A stretch of DNA of 64,000 nucleotides from Hellea sp. (GTDB lineage: Bacteria; Pseudomonadota; Alphaproteobacteria; Caulobacterales; Maricaulaceae). The notes beneath the pieces were generated by a model. The model did not search any database, was not told the DNA's origin, and saw only the letters and a program-made list of their open reading frames with translations. Position 1 is the first letter of the stretch. Every line of letters starts with the position of its first letter. The stretch lies in NCBI GenBank assembly GCA_013002305.1, contig JABDKG010000072.1, forward strand, positions 11,718 to 75,717, read 5' to 3'. The position numbers and the translations under genes were made by a program. Positions 39,995 to 49,127 of this stretch are shown one piece after another.

Positions 39995-40627
39995 TCAGGC
40001 TTGGCTTGAGGCGCGGGCTGAAACTTTGCCATACCAATCATAGAGTGCCGAAAGGGACTGATCAGGTTTCGCTTTAATCCATTTGGAGAAATCGACAGCG
40101 ACCATAGCCGTAATATCGGCAAATGAGAAAAAATCTCCGGCTACAAACCCACTTTCGCTCAGTCGTTCATTCAGATCTTCGAAGAAAAAGCCCAATCGCT
40201 CACGTCCACGGACGGCCAGTTCGGGCAGCTGCGCCATGTTGCGTTTTCCCGTCAAGGCTCGGTTTTTCATGCCCGGAGACGTGTTGCGAAGGGTCTCGGC
40301 GATGGCCATCAAACCTTCAAACTCGCAGCGCCAATTCCATTCAAGAACTGCGGCTTTTTCAATCGACGTTGCGCCCATAAGCACGGGTTCGGGATGTAGA
40401 TCCTCCAGGTAGCTGGCAATCGCGACATTCTCGGAAATCACATCGCCGTCCTCGGTAACTAGCGCCGGTACCGCGCAGCGCGGATTAATCGCCTTAAACT
40501 CATCGCCAAGCTGTTCACCGGCCATGAGATCGATTTGAATGCATTTATACTCGATGCCTTTTTCCGCAAGAAAGATACGAGCGCGGCGCGGCGAAGGCGC
40601 GGGTTGATAATCATAAAGCGTCAGCAT
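39995..40627 (-). CDS. glutathione S-transferase family protein
   Basis: N-terminal thioredoxin-like fold MLTLYDY.PAPSPRRARIFLAEKGIEY...VPALV. I chose the start at M23 of the listed ORF. Confidence 0.85.
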   Translation of the reverse strand: MLTLYDYQPAPSPRRARIFLAEKGIEYKCIQIDLMAGEQLGDEFKAINPRCAVPALVTEDGDVISENVAIASYLEDLHPEPVLMGATSIEKAAVLEWNWRCEFEGLMAIAETLRNTSPGMKNRALTGKRNMAQLPELAVRGRERLGFFFEDLNERLSESGFVAGDFFSFADITAMVAVDFSKWIKAKPDQSLSALYDWYGKVSARASSQA

Positions 40628-40638
40628 AATGTTCCCTT

Positions 40639-41508
40639 GTGACCAAAATAAGTTCTGACATAAAAGCGGTTTTGTCGCCAAAAGCCAAGTCATTAGGCGA
40701 TGGAATTACGGTTAAACGGGCCTTGCCCTTTGCGGGTCTGAGATCTGTCGGGCCGTGGGTCTTTTTCGACCATTTCGGTCCAGTCGATTTTAGTCCCGGG
40801 CAGGGCATGAATGTCCGCCCGCACCCCCATATCAATCTTGCCACGGTGACCTATCTGTTTGAGGGCGAAATTTTTCACCGTGACAGCCTTGGAAACGCAT
40901 TGGTGATCAGGCCAGGTGCCGTCAATTTAATGGTTGCCGGAAACGGAATTGTACATTCCGAGCGGACATCGGCGGAGCTTAAGGCGACAGGCTATAGCTT
41001 GCACGGGCTGCAATTATGGCACGCCCTACCGGAATCCAAAGAAGAAATCGATGCCGAGTTCCATCATTACCCTGCCAGCGAAATTCCGGAGTTTTCCGTC
41101 GACGGTGTGAAAATCCGGTTGATCATGGGAAAGGCGTTTGGATATGAATCGCCGGTTAAAACATTTTGCCAGACGCTGTATATGGAAGCTACGCTAAAAG
41201 TCGGTCAATCCCTAACTCTGCCCGATATCCCTGAAATGGCCGTATATTCGCTAAACGCCGGCCTGATGATAGACGATCAACCAATCGACGAAAACCAGTT
41301 TGCCGTCGTTAATTCACAGGCGCGAGTAAGCAGCAATTCGGCTTGCAAGATTGCCGTCATCGGCGGTGAATCATTGGGTCATCGATTTATGGAATGGAAC
41401 TTCATATCGAGCCGGAAAGACCGGATTGAACAGGCCAAATCGGACTGGATTGCCGGTAAATTTCCAATCGTCCCGGGTGATGAAGAAGAATTTATTCCTT
41501 ATCCGTAA
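40639..41508 (+). CDS. pirin family protein
   Basis: GTG start. Contains GITVKRALP and RPHPHINLATVTYLFEGEIFHRDSLG (cupin metal site). Bicupin length. Confidence 0.9.
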   Translation: MTKISSDIKAVLSPKAKSLGDGITVKRALPFAGLRSVGPWVFFDHFGPVDFSPGQGMNVRPHPHINLATVTYLFEGEIFHRDSLGNALVIRPGAVNLMVAGNGIVHSERTSAELKATGYSLHGLQLWHALPESKEEIDAEFHHYPASEIPEFSVDGVKIRLIMGKAFGYESPVKTFCQTLYMEATLKVGQSLTLPDIPEMAVYSLNAGLMIDDQPIDENQFAVVNSQARVSSNSACKIAVIGGESLGHRFMEWNFISSRKDRIEQAKSDWIAGKFPIVPGDEEEFIPYP

Positions 41509-42370
41509 CGGGCATGCGTAAGGCCAAAACCTCATTGTCATAGCCTGTTGGCACCAAAATCAGCTTTTCATCGGATAAAACCGCATGGTTAGTGCTCGAT
41601 AGTCCCGGTGCGGTCCATTCCTCCAATTCTCCATCGGGCGCAAAATGCCATAAATTACCGCCGACGATTGACAGGACCAAGCCGCCGTGCAGGCCATTTT
41701 CGATCCCGTCAATATCGATTAAAACTTCCGGGTTTACGGTCTCGATAATGTTGCTTTTCAGATCGACTTTCCAAAGAAGATTTCCGCCGACATAAAGTGA
41801 CCCGTTTCGTAGATGCAGACCATTGGCGAATTTAAATTCAGTTTGCGAATCGGGAAACTGAACAAATCTCCCCTGATTGACAGCGAACACCCGGTTAGAA
41901 AATGAATCGCTAATATAGACAGTTTCATCGGCGCTTACCGCAATGTCATTAAATGCTCTGACGTCAAAAGAGGGCTTCACGGTCGATAGATTTTCTCCGG
42001 TATCGAGATCGAAAATATGATATCGATCCAGATCAGTCACATAAATCTGCCGGCCGTTGATCGCCATACCAGCGGGCGCGTTCAGTCCCTCGATCCATCT
42101 CGCATCCGATAAAGTGCCTTCGAGGGATAAACGCGACAAATAGCCATTTCCGTTTTTACGAAAACCACAAATGTTGCTGACGATCAGATCATTTTTTAAA
42201 GGATCAAATATAACAGTCTCGGGTTCACACATCTGCCCGGTTGCAACCCATAAAACGTCGAGCTGCCGGGGACCTGATGTTTGAACATGATGACAGGCAG
42301 CGCTAAAAATAATCGTTGCACAAGTGGTAAGCGTGCGCATCGACCATCGGACCTTACAGAATCCGGTCAT
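41492..42370 (-). CDS. secreted or lipoprotein beta-propeller protein (SMP-30/gluconolactonase/NHL-like), hypothetical
   Basis: Signal/lipobox-like FSAAC and a repeated strand pattern (IYVTD, VYISD, LYVGG). The ATG at 42370 overlaps the VOC gene stop (ATGA). The ATG at 42340 is an alternative start. Confidence 0.55.
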   Translation of the reverse strand: MTGFCKVRWSMRTLTTCATIIFSAACHHVQTSGPRQLDVLWVATGQMCEPETVIFDPLKNDLIVSNICGFRKNGNGYLSRLSLEGTLSDARWIEGLNAPAGMAINGRQIYVTDLDRYHIFDLDTGENLSTVKPSFDVRAFNDIAVSADETVYISDSFSNRVFAVNQGRFVQFPDSQTEFKFANGLHLRNGSLYVGGNLLWKVDLKSNIIETVNPEVLIDIDGIENGLHGGLVLSIVGGNLWHFAPDGELEEWTAPGLSSTNHAVLSDEKLILVPTGYDNEVLALRMPVTDKE

Positions 42371-42786
42371 TTTGCAAAAATCTGATTTGGGTCCTTAAAG
42401 GCTTTGAACTCCAGTGCATTTCCGGATGGATCGTGGAAAAACATTGTGGCCTGTTCGCCCGGTTCGCCCACAAAGCGGATATAAGGATCAATGACAAATT
42501 TAACCCTTTCCGATTTAAGTTTTTGAGCCAGTTCCTGCCAAGAGTCCCACTCGAGAATGGCACCGAAATGGCGGACGGGAACGTCTTTGCCGTCGACGGA
42601 ATTTGCGCTGACCGGCGTGAGTTCATCAGGTTTGACATGAAAGGAAAGCTGATGGCCAAAGAAATCGAAATCAATCCAGGTCTTGGCTTCGCGGCCCTGT
42701 TTGCATCCCAAAAGAACGATATAAAAATCCCGCGTTTCCTCAATATCCTTGATCGGCGCGGCCAAGTGAAAGGCGAGTGCCTTCAT
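42367..42786 (-). CDS. VOC family (glyoxalase/bleomycin-resistance/dioxygenase) protein
   Basis: 139 aa. Contains [17 protein letters not shown]...LG and HFG.IL....W, a paired beta-alpha-beta-beta-beta pattern. Confidence 0.8.
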   Translation of the reverse strand: MKALAFHLAAPIKDIEETRDFYIVLLGCKQGREAKTWIDFDFFGHQLSFHVKPDELTPVSANSVDGKDVPVRHFGAILEWDSWQELAQKLKSERVKFVIDPYIRFVGEPGEQATMFFHDPSGNALEFKAFKDPNQIFAK

Positions 42787-42789
42787 CGG

Positions 42790-43422
42790 TTAGTTATCCG
42801 GGCCAAAGGCGTAATCGCCGCCTTTGGATAGGGCCTTCAAATAGGCCGGGCGTTTGTGGATTTTTTCGACATAATCCTTGCAGGCGTCATAGCCCTTTAG
42901 CCGGCCGCGGGTTTTCGCAGCTTCCAGCGGAAAAATCACCATGAAATCGGCGCCTGTCAGCTCGTCGCCGGCAATATATTCGTTTCGGATAAGATGATAT
43001 TCCATATAGTCAAGCTGGCTTTTGATCTCGCGCATGATGATCGGATTTAGAGGCGCAGCGGCTTCGCCAAGATAGCTTGTGTATAAAGCCAGTAAGAATG
43101 GAAGCATTGCCGAGCCCTCGGCGTAATGCATGAAATGCCGGTAATTATCATATTCCTCACTGCCTTTTTCAGGCACGAAACGGCCGTCGCTGTGATTGTC
43201 CAGAATATATTCGATAATGGCACCAGTCTCGGCAATGGTTTTATCGCCGTCCGTAATAACGGGTGACTTACCAAGCGGGTGGATAGTTTTTAAATCTGCC
43301 GGTGCACGGTTGGTTGTTTGATCGCGCTCGTAGCGGCGGATCTCATATTTGATGCCAAGTTCTTCCAGAAGCCATAATACGCGTTGAGAACGGGAATTAT
43401 TGAGGTGATGAACTGTCAGCAT
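42790..43422 (-). CDS. glutathione S-transferase family protein
   Basis: Contains LTVHHLNNSRSQRVLWLLEELG...HPLGKSPVITDGD. Confidence 0.85.
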   Translation of the reverse strand: MLTVHHLNNSRSQRVLWLLEELGIKYEIRRYERDQTTNRAPADLKTIHPLGKSPVITDGDKTIAETGAIIEYILDNHSDGRFVPEKGSEEYDNYRHFMHYAEGSAMLPFLLALYTSYLGEAAAPLNPIIMREIKSQLDYMEYHLIRNEYIAGDELTGADFMVIFPLEAAKTRGRLKGYDACKDYVEKIHKRPAYLKALSKGGDYAFGPDN

Positions 43423-43446
43423 AGGCTGACTATCTGCTCTTTTAGA

Positions 43447-43965
43447 TTATTTGGCAATAAGGATTTTTTGATATTCCCGACCGGCCAATCGGGCCGAGCT
43501 AATGCTGCCATTTACGTTTAAATCCACCAGATTGATTTGATCGCCAAATTCCGAGCGAAGGAAGTCGCAATAGATCAACAATTTGTTCGGTGGCTTGGGA
43601 AGATCGGTTTCCTGGTAAACATAAATATTTTGCCCAATTTTTTCGGCCCCCACCGTTGTAATTGTGAGCTCATCATCCTCGGAACGTCCAAGCGCAAAAT
43701 GATCTTCGGCGTATAGCGCCAAGCGGGCCTGATGCTCCAGCGACGTTAAATCCGCCTTTCCAACCAATGCCATTTTCTCCATCGCAAGTTCGGCGTGATG
43801 GATGTGAAAAATATGTGAAATTTCGAGCTTTTTTGTCGATTGGTTCCAAAACAAATTGGTCGTTGTCAGCTTTTCGCGGTGCGCATAGGCCTTAAGCCCG
43901 GGCAACGGATAAACCGTAAATCCGGCAACGCAAGCACAGGCTAAAAAGTGTCGACGGTTCATCAT
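43447..43965 (-). CDS. Tat-signal secreted protein, DUF6702-like
   Basis: N-terminal MMNRRHFLA (RRxFL twin-arginine motif). The mature region pattern (H-x-EKLTTTNLFWNQSTKKLEISHIFHIHHAE ... LRSEFGDQINLV) resembles DUF6702 proteins found next to M1 peptidases in Bacteroidota (from memory). ATGA overlap with the M1 gene stop. Confidence 0.5.
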   Translation of the reverse strand: MMNRRHFLACACVAGFTVYPLPGLKAYAHREKLTTTNLFWNQSTKKLEISHIFHIHHAELAMEKMALVGKADLTSLEHQARLALYAEDHFALGRSEDDELTITTVGAEKIGQNIYVYQETDLPKPPNKLLIYCDFLRSEFGDQINLVDLNVNGSISSARLAGREYQKILIAK

Positions 43966-46556
43966 TTAATAAACGGATCTAGAATGCGTTTAAGAGTTTG
44001 CTCGATCTGGTCCTCAGCATTCTCTTCGCCGTTCTCTTCTTCGCCGTTCTCTTCGCCGTTTGAATCCTCTTTAGCATCGTTAATATCGTCGTCCTGGTTG
44101 TCATTGGAAGGTTTCGAGAGGGGGACGCCTGCTGTTTCATCTTCAGTCGCCGGAGAGTCTTTGCGGAGCTCGGTGAGCATTTCGTTCATCATATCACGAT
44201 CTTTACGACTGCTCTTATATAGCTCAAGCCGTGAGCGGCTCACTTGCGGCGGGAAACTATTATTACTGAAATCGGCGTCCGCCGTTTGATGGGCCGTGTC
44301 GAGTTCAATTTTGGCGACAGGTTTGTCCAGCACGAGTAATTTGGTGACCTGCACCGGATCGCGGCGCCAAATTTCGGCGGGGAGCATAATCTCCTCGGTC
44401 TCGTCATCTTCAAATGTTATTTTCAGCGGGAGCGGGCTTATTAAGCCGCCAATATTATCAAAGTCGATAAAATATAGATAGTTTTCTGCTTCCAAAGCTC
44501 GTTCAAATGCCTCTTTTTCCCAGTCTCTCAGACCATCTAAAAAGGACTCATAGTCTTTTTGATCTTTGGGGGTTGCAGTGAATTTGTCATTGTCATTGTA
44601 AAAGTCGTTGAGAGATTCAAACCGGTCGACGCGTGTAATAACGCCTTCGTCGCGGTTACGCCGCTGTACTATATTCTCTGGATATTTGCGCAGGTTCTCT
44701 GTGCGATCTGCAATTTCTTCTCTTTCAGGATCTTGTGTCGAGATTTGGTATTCCCGGACATCGCTAATCGCAATGTCAACATGGTCAGTCGTGTAGAACC
44801 ATCCTCGCCAGAACCAATCCAAATCGACAGCAGAGGCATCTTCCATTGTTCGGAAAAAATCAGCCGGCGTCGGGCGTTTAAAGCGCCAGCGCGTGGCATA
44901 TTCGCGAAACGCATGATCAAACAGCTCGCGGCCCATGACGGTTTCACGAAGTACGATCAGGGCTGCAGCAGGTTTAGCATAGGCGTTTGAGCCAAATTGC
45001 AAAATTGTGTCAGATTGGGTCATGATCGGGACTTGGTCCGAACTCGTCATATAACGCGTAATCTGATCGAGCGGGTTTTGCATATTGCCGCGGATCGGGA
45101 AATTTTCTTCCCACTCATACTCGGCCATATATTCCAGAAATGTATTGATGCCTTCGTCCATCCAGGTCCATTCGCGCTCATCCGAATTGACAACCATCGG
45201 GAAATAAATATGTCCGATCTCATGAATAATGACGCCGACCAGTCCATATTTGACATTGCGCGAATAGGTGATTTCGTCTGTGTCAGGATCAACTTTGGGC
45301 CGGTAACCGTTAAAGGTAATCATCGGATATTCCATACCGCCGCGTTCCCATGAATTGACAGACTGCGCCGTTGGATATGGATAGTTAAAGGCAAATCGAT
45401 TATAGACATCCATCGTGTGCACAACAGCATGGGTCGAATATTTTGACCAAATTGGCTCAGCCTCATTGGGATAGAATGACATTGCCAATACTTCAGGATT
45501 GACCGGGTCGTCCTGTTCGAAAATCATTGCATCCCAAATATATTTACGTGAACTGGACCAAGCAAAGTCGCGAACATTATCGGCTTTAAATTCCCAGGTT
45601 TTCGTGTCGCGGGACTTGTTTTCCTGATTATCCAACGCTTCCTCAGGGGAGACAATGAAGGTGATTTCTTCTGTGCCTGCTCTCTTGAGACGGTTGCGCT
45701 GTTTCGCAGTCAAAACTTCATTCTGGTTTTGCAAGACGCCGGAAGCGGCGACAATATGATCGGCCGGAACCGTTAGATTGACCTCATAATCACCAAATTC
45801 GAGGGTAAACTCGCCGCGTCCCAGAAATTGCCGGTTCTGCCAGCCTGCATAATCAGTATAGGCGGCCAATCTTGGGAACCACTGGGCCATGCCGAAAATG
45901 TAATTGTCTTCTTCCGGGAAATATTCAAAGCCGCCGCGACCACCAATGACGGCCTCGTCGAGGATATTATGTTCCCAATCGATAGAGAAGATGACGGTCT
46001 CGGTCGGGGCCAGCGGCACGCCGAGATTGAGTCGCAGCATAGTATCATTAACGACATAGGAAATATCCTGGCCATCCTCACCGAGAATTGCCTGGATTTC
46101 AAAGCCATATTCTTGATCTTCGAAACCTTGATATCGGTTGAGCGCGGCAAAGCTGTAGCTATCTCCTCTGCCTGATGCGTCGCGCCTTGTGCCGACATCG
46201 CGGTAAGTTTCGCTCATACGCGCCAGAGATCCGTCCTTAAATCGGTTTTGATCCAATGCCAGCCATAGATATTGCAGCGTATCGGGAGAGTTGTTCGTAT
46301 AGGTGATAGTCATAGACGCGCTCAGGCGCTGCGCGTCCTCATCGAGCTCCGCGTCGATGACGTAATCGACCTGTTGCTGCCAGTAAGCCGGACCCGGGGC
46401 GCCCGAAGCCCCGCGATACATATTAGGGGTAGGGAGTTCCGGATCCAGCGCGCGAAATTTTCGGGCCCGGTCATCCTCTGTTCCGATCGGGCTTTGGGCG
46501 GCAGCCGAAAACCCGAATAAGAATGAAAGCGCAAAGCCAAAGATTAATTTAGTCAT
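43962..46556 (-). CDS. secreted M1-family zinc metallopeptidase with an acidic C-terminal tail
   Basis: Signal peptide. Contains GGMEYPMITF (GxMEN-equivalent) and HEIGHIYF-x18-E (HExxH+E). Confidence 0.9.
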   Translation of the reverse strand: MTKLIFGFALSFLFGFSAAAQSPIGTEDDRARKFRALDPELPTPNMYRGASGAPGPAYWQQQVDYVIDAELDEDAQRLSASMTITYTNNSPDTLQYLWLALDQNRFKDGSLARMSETYRDVGTRRDASGRGDSYSFAALNRYQGFEDQEYGFEIQAILGEDGQDISYVVNDTMLRLNLGVPLAPTETVIFSIDWEHNILDEAVIGGRGGFEYFPEEDNYIFGMAQWFPRLAAYTDYAGWQNRQFLGRGEFTLEFGDYEVNLTVPADHIVAASGVLQNQNEVLTAKQRNRLKRAGTEEITFIVSPEEALDNQENKSRDTKTWEFKADNVRDFAWSSSRKYIWDAMIFEQDDPVNPEVLAMSFYPNEAEPIWSKYSTHAVVHTMDVYNRFAFNYPYPTAQSVNSWERGGMEYPMITFNGYRPKVDPDTDEITYSRNVKYGLVGVIIHEIGHIYFPMVVNSDEREWTWMDEGINTFLEYMAEYEWEENFPIRGNMQNPLDQITRYMTSSDQVPIMTQSDTILQFGSNAYAKPAAALIVLRETVMGRELFDHAFREYATRWRFKRPTPADFFRTMEDASAVDLDWFWRGWFYTTDHVDIAISDVREYQISTQDPEREEIADRTENLRKYPENIVQRRNRDEGVITRVDRFESLNDFYNDNDKFTATPKDQKDYESFLDGLRDWEKEAFERALEAENYLYFIDFDNIGGLISPLPLKITFEDDETEEIMLPAEIWRRDPVQVTKLLVLDKPVAKIELDTAHQTADADFSNNSFPPQVSRSRLELYKSSRKDRDMMNEMLTELRKDSPATEDETAGVPLSKPSNDNQDDDINDAKEDSNGEENGEEENGEENAEDQIEQTLKRILDPFIK
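44019..44060 (-). repeat. in-frame tandem 12/15-nt repeat encoding (N-G-E-E-(E))3 in the M1 peptidase tail
   Basis: Plus strand reads ATTCTCTTCGCCG TTCTCTTCTTCGCCG TTCTCTTCGCCG TT. Translation on the minus strand is NGEENGEEENGEEN. Confidence 0.8.
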
Positions 46557-47301
46557 GGGAGTCTTCTTGATCTAATTCGTACAGCTTGGCTTCTTTGAGC
46601 AAAGCGTAATGGGCGCAGTTTATGGACAAAACAAATCCGCGTATTCCGGAAAGGCAGTGCCGTTTGAGTAGATAATATTTAAAAAACACTATTGGGAAAA
46701 TGAAAACAATCTTGAGGCGTGAAGGCCGTTTGTTTTTCTCAAACTTGTCCCGAGCGCTAAGCGATGAATATTTATTGTTCTTCATCACCGCCAGCTCGAC
46801 AGATTTTGCACCAAAATGGGTAATATATCCCTTTGCCTTAACGACCTTGCCGTCAACGAACTGGGGAATATGGACCCGCGCTTCTCCGTAGTTAAATTTC
46901 GACTTTCTGAAAAATTTGACCCTGTGGGTCAATTTCACGCCTTTGCCGGGCAGTTTTCCCATAAAATATTCGCGGATATTTATATCCAGGCCGTCGACTT
47001 TGTCGCTTTCGACCGTCTTGCGAATATGGGCCAATAACTCCGGGCTAATCTCTTCATCAGCATCAAGACTGAGAACCCAGTCAAACTGACATTGCGATAG
47101 AGCGAAATCGCGTTGCTGAAATTCGTTGATCCATTCATTATAGATGATATTATCAGTGTAAGCACTTGATAATTCTTTAGTTTTATCAACGCTGCCTGAA
47201 TCTATGACAACGATATCCTCAAATTCTTTGACACTCTCAAGAGCGCGCGCAATATTGGCTTCTTCATTAAGCGCCACGATATAAACGGACGCCCGTATCA
47301 T
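46549..47301 (-). CDS. family 2 glycosyltransferase (KdtX/WaaE-like size and N-terminus)
   Basis: Contains SVYIVALNEEANIARALESV...IVVIDSGSVDKT...SLDADE (DxD region). The 3' end overlaps the M1 gene start by 8 nt. Confidence 0.85.
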   Translation of the reverse strand: MIRASVYIVALNEEANIARALESVKEFEDIVVIDSGSVDKTKELSSAYTDNIIYNEWINEFQQRDFALSQCQFDWVLSLDADEEISPELLAHIRKTVESDKVDGLDINIREYFMGKLPGKGVKLTHRVKFFRKSKFNYGEARVHIPQFVDGKVVKAKGYITHFGAKSVELAVMKNNKYSSLSARDKFEKNKRPSRLKIVFIFPIVFFKYYLLKRHCLSGIRGFVLSINCAHYALLKEAKLYELDQEDSHD

Positions 47302-47334
47302 CTGAATTTCACCATCGCTTAAAGGCTTGCCGGA

Positions 47335-49005
47335 CTATTTATTGGCCCGCATTTTATCGCGTAATGCTCTAAACTCTCCGCCCTCGTACCAGTTCGGCCA
47401 GTCACGGCTATTGGCGAGGTCGTAACCAAGCTGAAATAAGATTTCGGTGGTTTGCTCTATGCCTGATAGGTCCCAGCTATTATCATATTCATCCGCAGGT
47501 TTGTGATAGCGTTCTTTGGTATATTCATCTCCAAATGCTTGACCATATTCAACGCCCTTAGACTCATGGTCATTTCCGCTGTCGGCATAGAGCATTGGCA
47601 CACCGAGTTTTGCCAAGCTGATATGATCGGATCGATAATAATATCCGGCTTCCGGCTTTTGATCCGGGACAATATACATGCCGCGCGGCTCTAAAATCGT
47701 GTTGAGCCTGTCTTCCAGTTCGGATGATCCGTAGCCAACGACAATCATGTCCTTGGTTTTTCCAACCGGCAATATTGCATCTATGTTTAAGCCGCCGACT
47801 GTGTCGGCGAGCGGAACGAGGGGAGCTGCGCCGTAATAGGCTGATCCCAAAAGCCCCGATTCTTCGGCCGTGACAGCGACAAATATCGCGGATCGTTCAG
47901 GTATACCCTGTTCGACAAACGCCTGGCCTATTTCCAGAATGGCTGCCGTACCCGTCGCATTGTCGACCGCGCCGTTAAATATTTGGTCGCCTTCCAAACT
48001 TGAATTAACCCCAAGGTGATCCCAATGCGCCATATAGAGGATATATTCGTCCGGATATTTCGTGCCGACAACGCCGCCCGCGACGTTTCGGGATTTCACG
48101 GTCGATACTTTCTGATCAATTCTAGCATCAAGTTTGACGTCTTTTAAGGCGACCGGTTTGAAGCCTTTCTTGAGCGCATCGGCTTTAAGGGTCTCAATGT
48201 CATGACCCGCAGCATCCAAAACAGATTTTGCGGCATCATAATGAAGCCAGCCTTCAAGCAAAGTTCGATTGGCGCCGCCATCCGGCCGAACCAAATCATA
48301 TTGCGACCCTGTCCAGCTTCCAGAAACGACATCCCACCCATAACTGGCGGGCGCTGTTTCATGAATAACCAATGCTGCGGCCGCGCCTTGGCGACCAGCT
48401 TCTTCATATTTATAAGTCCAGCGGCCATAATAGGTCATGGAATTGCCCTTAAACAGGGTTTCGTCCTGGGTCGCGAAGCCCGGATCATTGACCAGCATCA
48501 CAACGGTCTTACCTTTGACATCCAGGCCTTCATAATCATTCCAGCCAAATTCCGGCGCGACAACGCCGTAACCGACAAATACCAGATCACTGTCAGAAAT
48601 AGCCAAAGACGGATCCATACGCTTGGTCCAGTAAACGGCATTGCTGCTTTGATCGCCGGATAAAACAGAAGTGTCACCGGATTTAATTACAAAGGAAGAT
48701 GAGCCTTGTACCACGGCTTCAGTCAGCTCGACGGATTGAAAATAGGTGCCATTATCGCCCATTGGAACCATGCCGGCGGCCTCCATTTCATCGGCAATAT
48801 ATTGACTGGCAGCAATGCCGCCGGGCGTACTTGGTGCGCGTCCCTCAAACTTATCTGACGCTAATGTTTCTATACGGCGTCGCAAATCGGCCGCTGAAGC
48901 TATCGGCGGTTTAACGGCCGGCGTTTCAGATTTGGTTTCCGATTTACAGCCGATCAAACTCGACGCCAAAAGAATAGGTAAAGTGTATTGAATAAGTTTT
49001 TTCAT
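47335..49005 (-). CDS. M28-family metallopeptidase lipoprotein with a PA domain
   Basis: Start taken at MKKLIQYTLPILLASSLIGC (lipobox), preceded by AGGGA. Contains HWDHLG, DNATGTAAILE and EESGLLGS. Confidence 0.85.
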   Translation of the reverse strand: MKKLIQYTLPILLASSLIGCKSETKSETPAVKPPIASAADLRRRIETLASDKFEGRAPSTPGGIAASQYIADEMEAAGMVPMGDNGTYFQSVELTEAVVQGSSSFVIKSGDTSVLSGDQSSNAVYWTKRMDPSLAISDSDLVFVGYGVVAPEFGWNDYEGLDVKGKTVVMLVNDPGFATQDETLFKGNSMTYYGRWTYKYEEAGRQGAAAALVIHETAPASYGWDVVSGSWTGSQYDLVRPDGGANRTLLEGWLHYDAAKSVLDAAGHDIETLKADALKKGFKPVALKDVKLDARIDQKVSTVKSRNVAGGVVGTKYPDEYILYMAHWDHLGVNSSLEGDQIFNGAVDNATGTAAILEIGQAFVEQGIPERSAIFVAVTAEESGLLGSAYYGAAPLVPLADTVGGLNIDAILPVGKTKDMIVVGYGSSELEDRLNTILEPRGMYIVPDQKPEAGYYYRSDHISLAKLGVPMLYADSGNDHESKGVEYGQAFGDEYTKERYHKPADEYDNSWDLSGIEQTTEILFQLGYDLANSRDWPNWYEGGEFRALRDKMRANK

Positions 49006-49127
49006 TTTCCCTGCCTTGAAGAGATTTGGCCGTATCAACCACAAACACCGCCAAAATAAAAGCAATTTTATATTTGAAATTCCGATATGACTTTGCGACA
49101 TACCCATTCCACTATTGTGAGGCCCCG

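Noticed and set aside
39984-39997. Perfect 14-bp palindrome TGACAGCGCTGTCA overlapping the GST stop codon, upstream of pckA
   Set aside because: It would form only a 5-bp stem with a 4-nt loop and has no T-run. It occurs once in the window and matches no operator I know. It is noted but not enough for a call.
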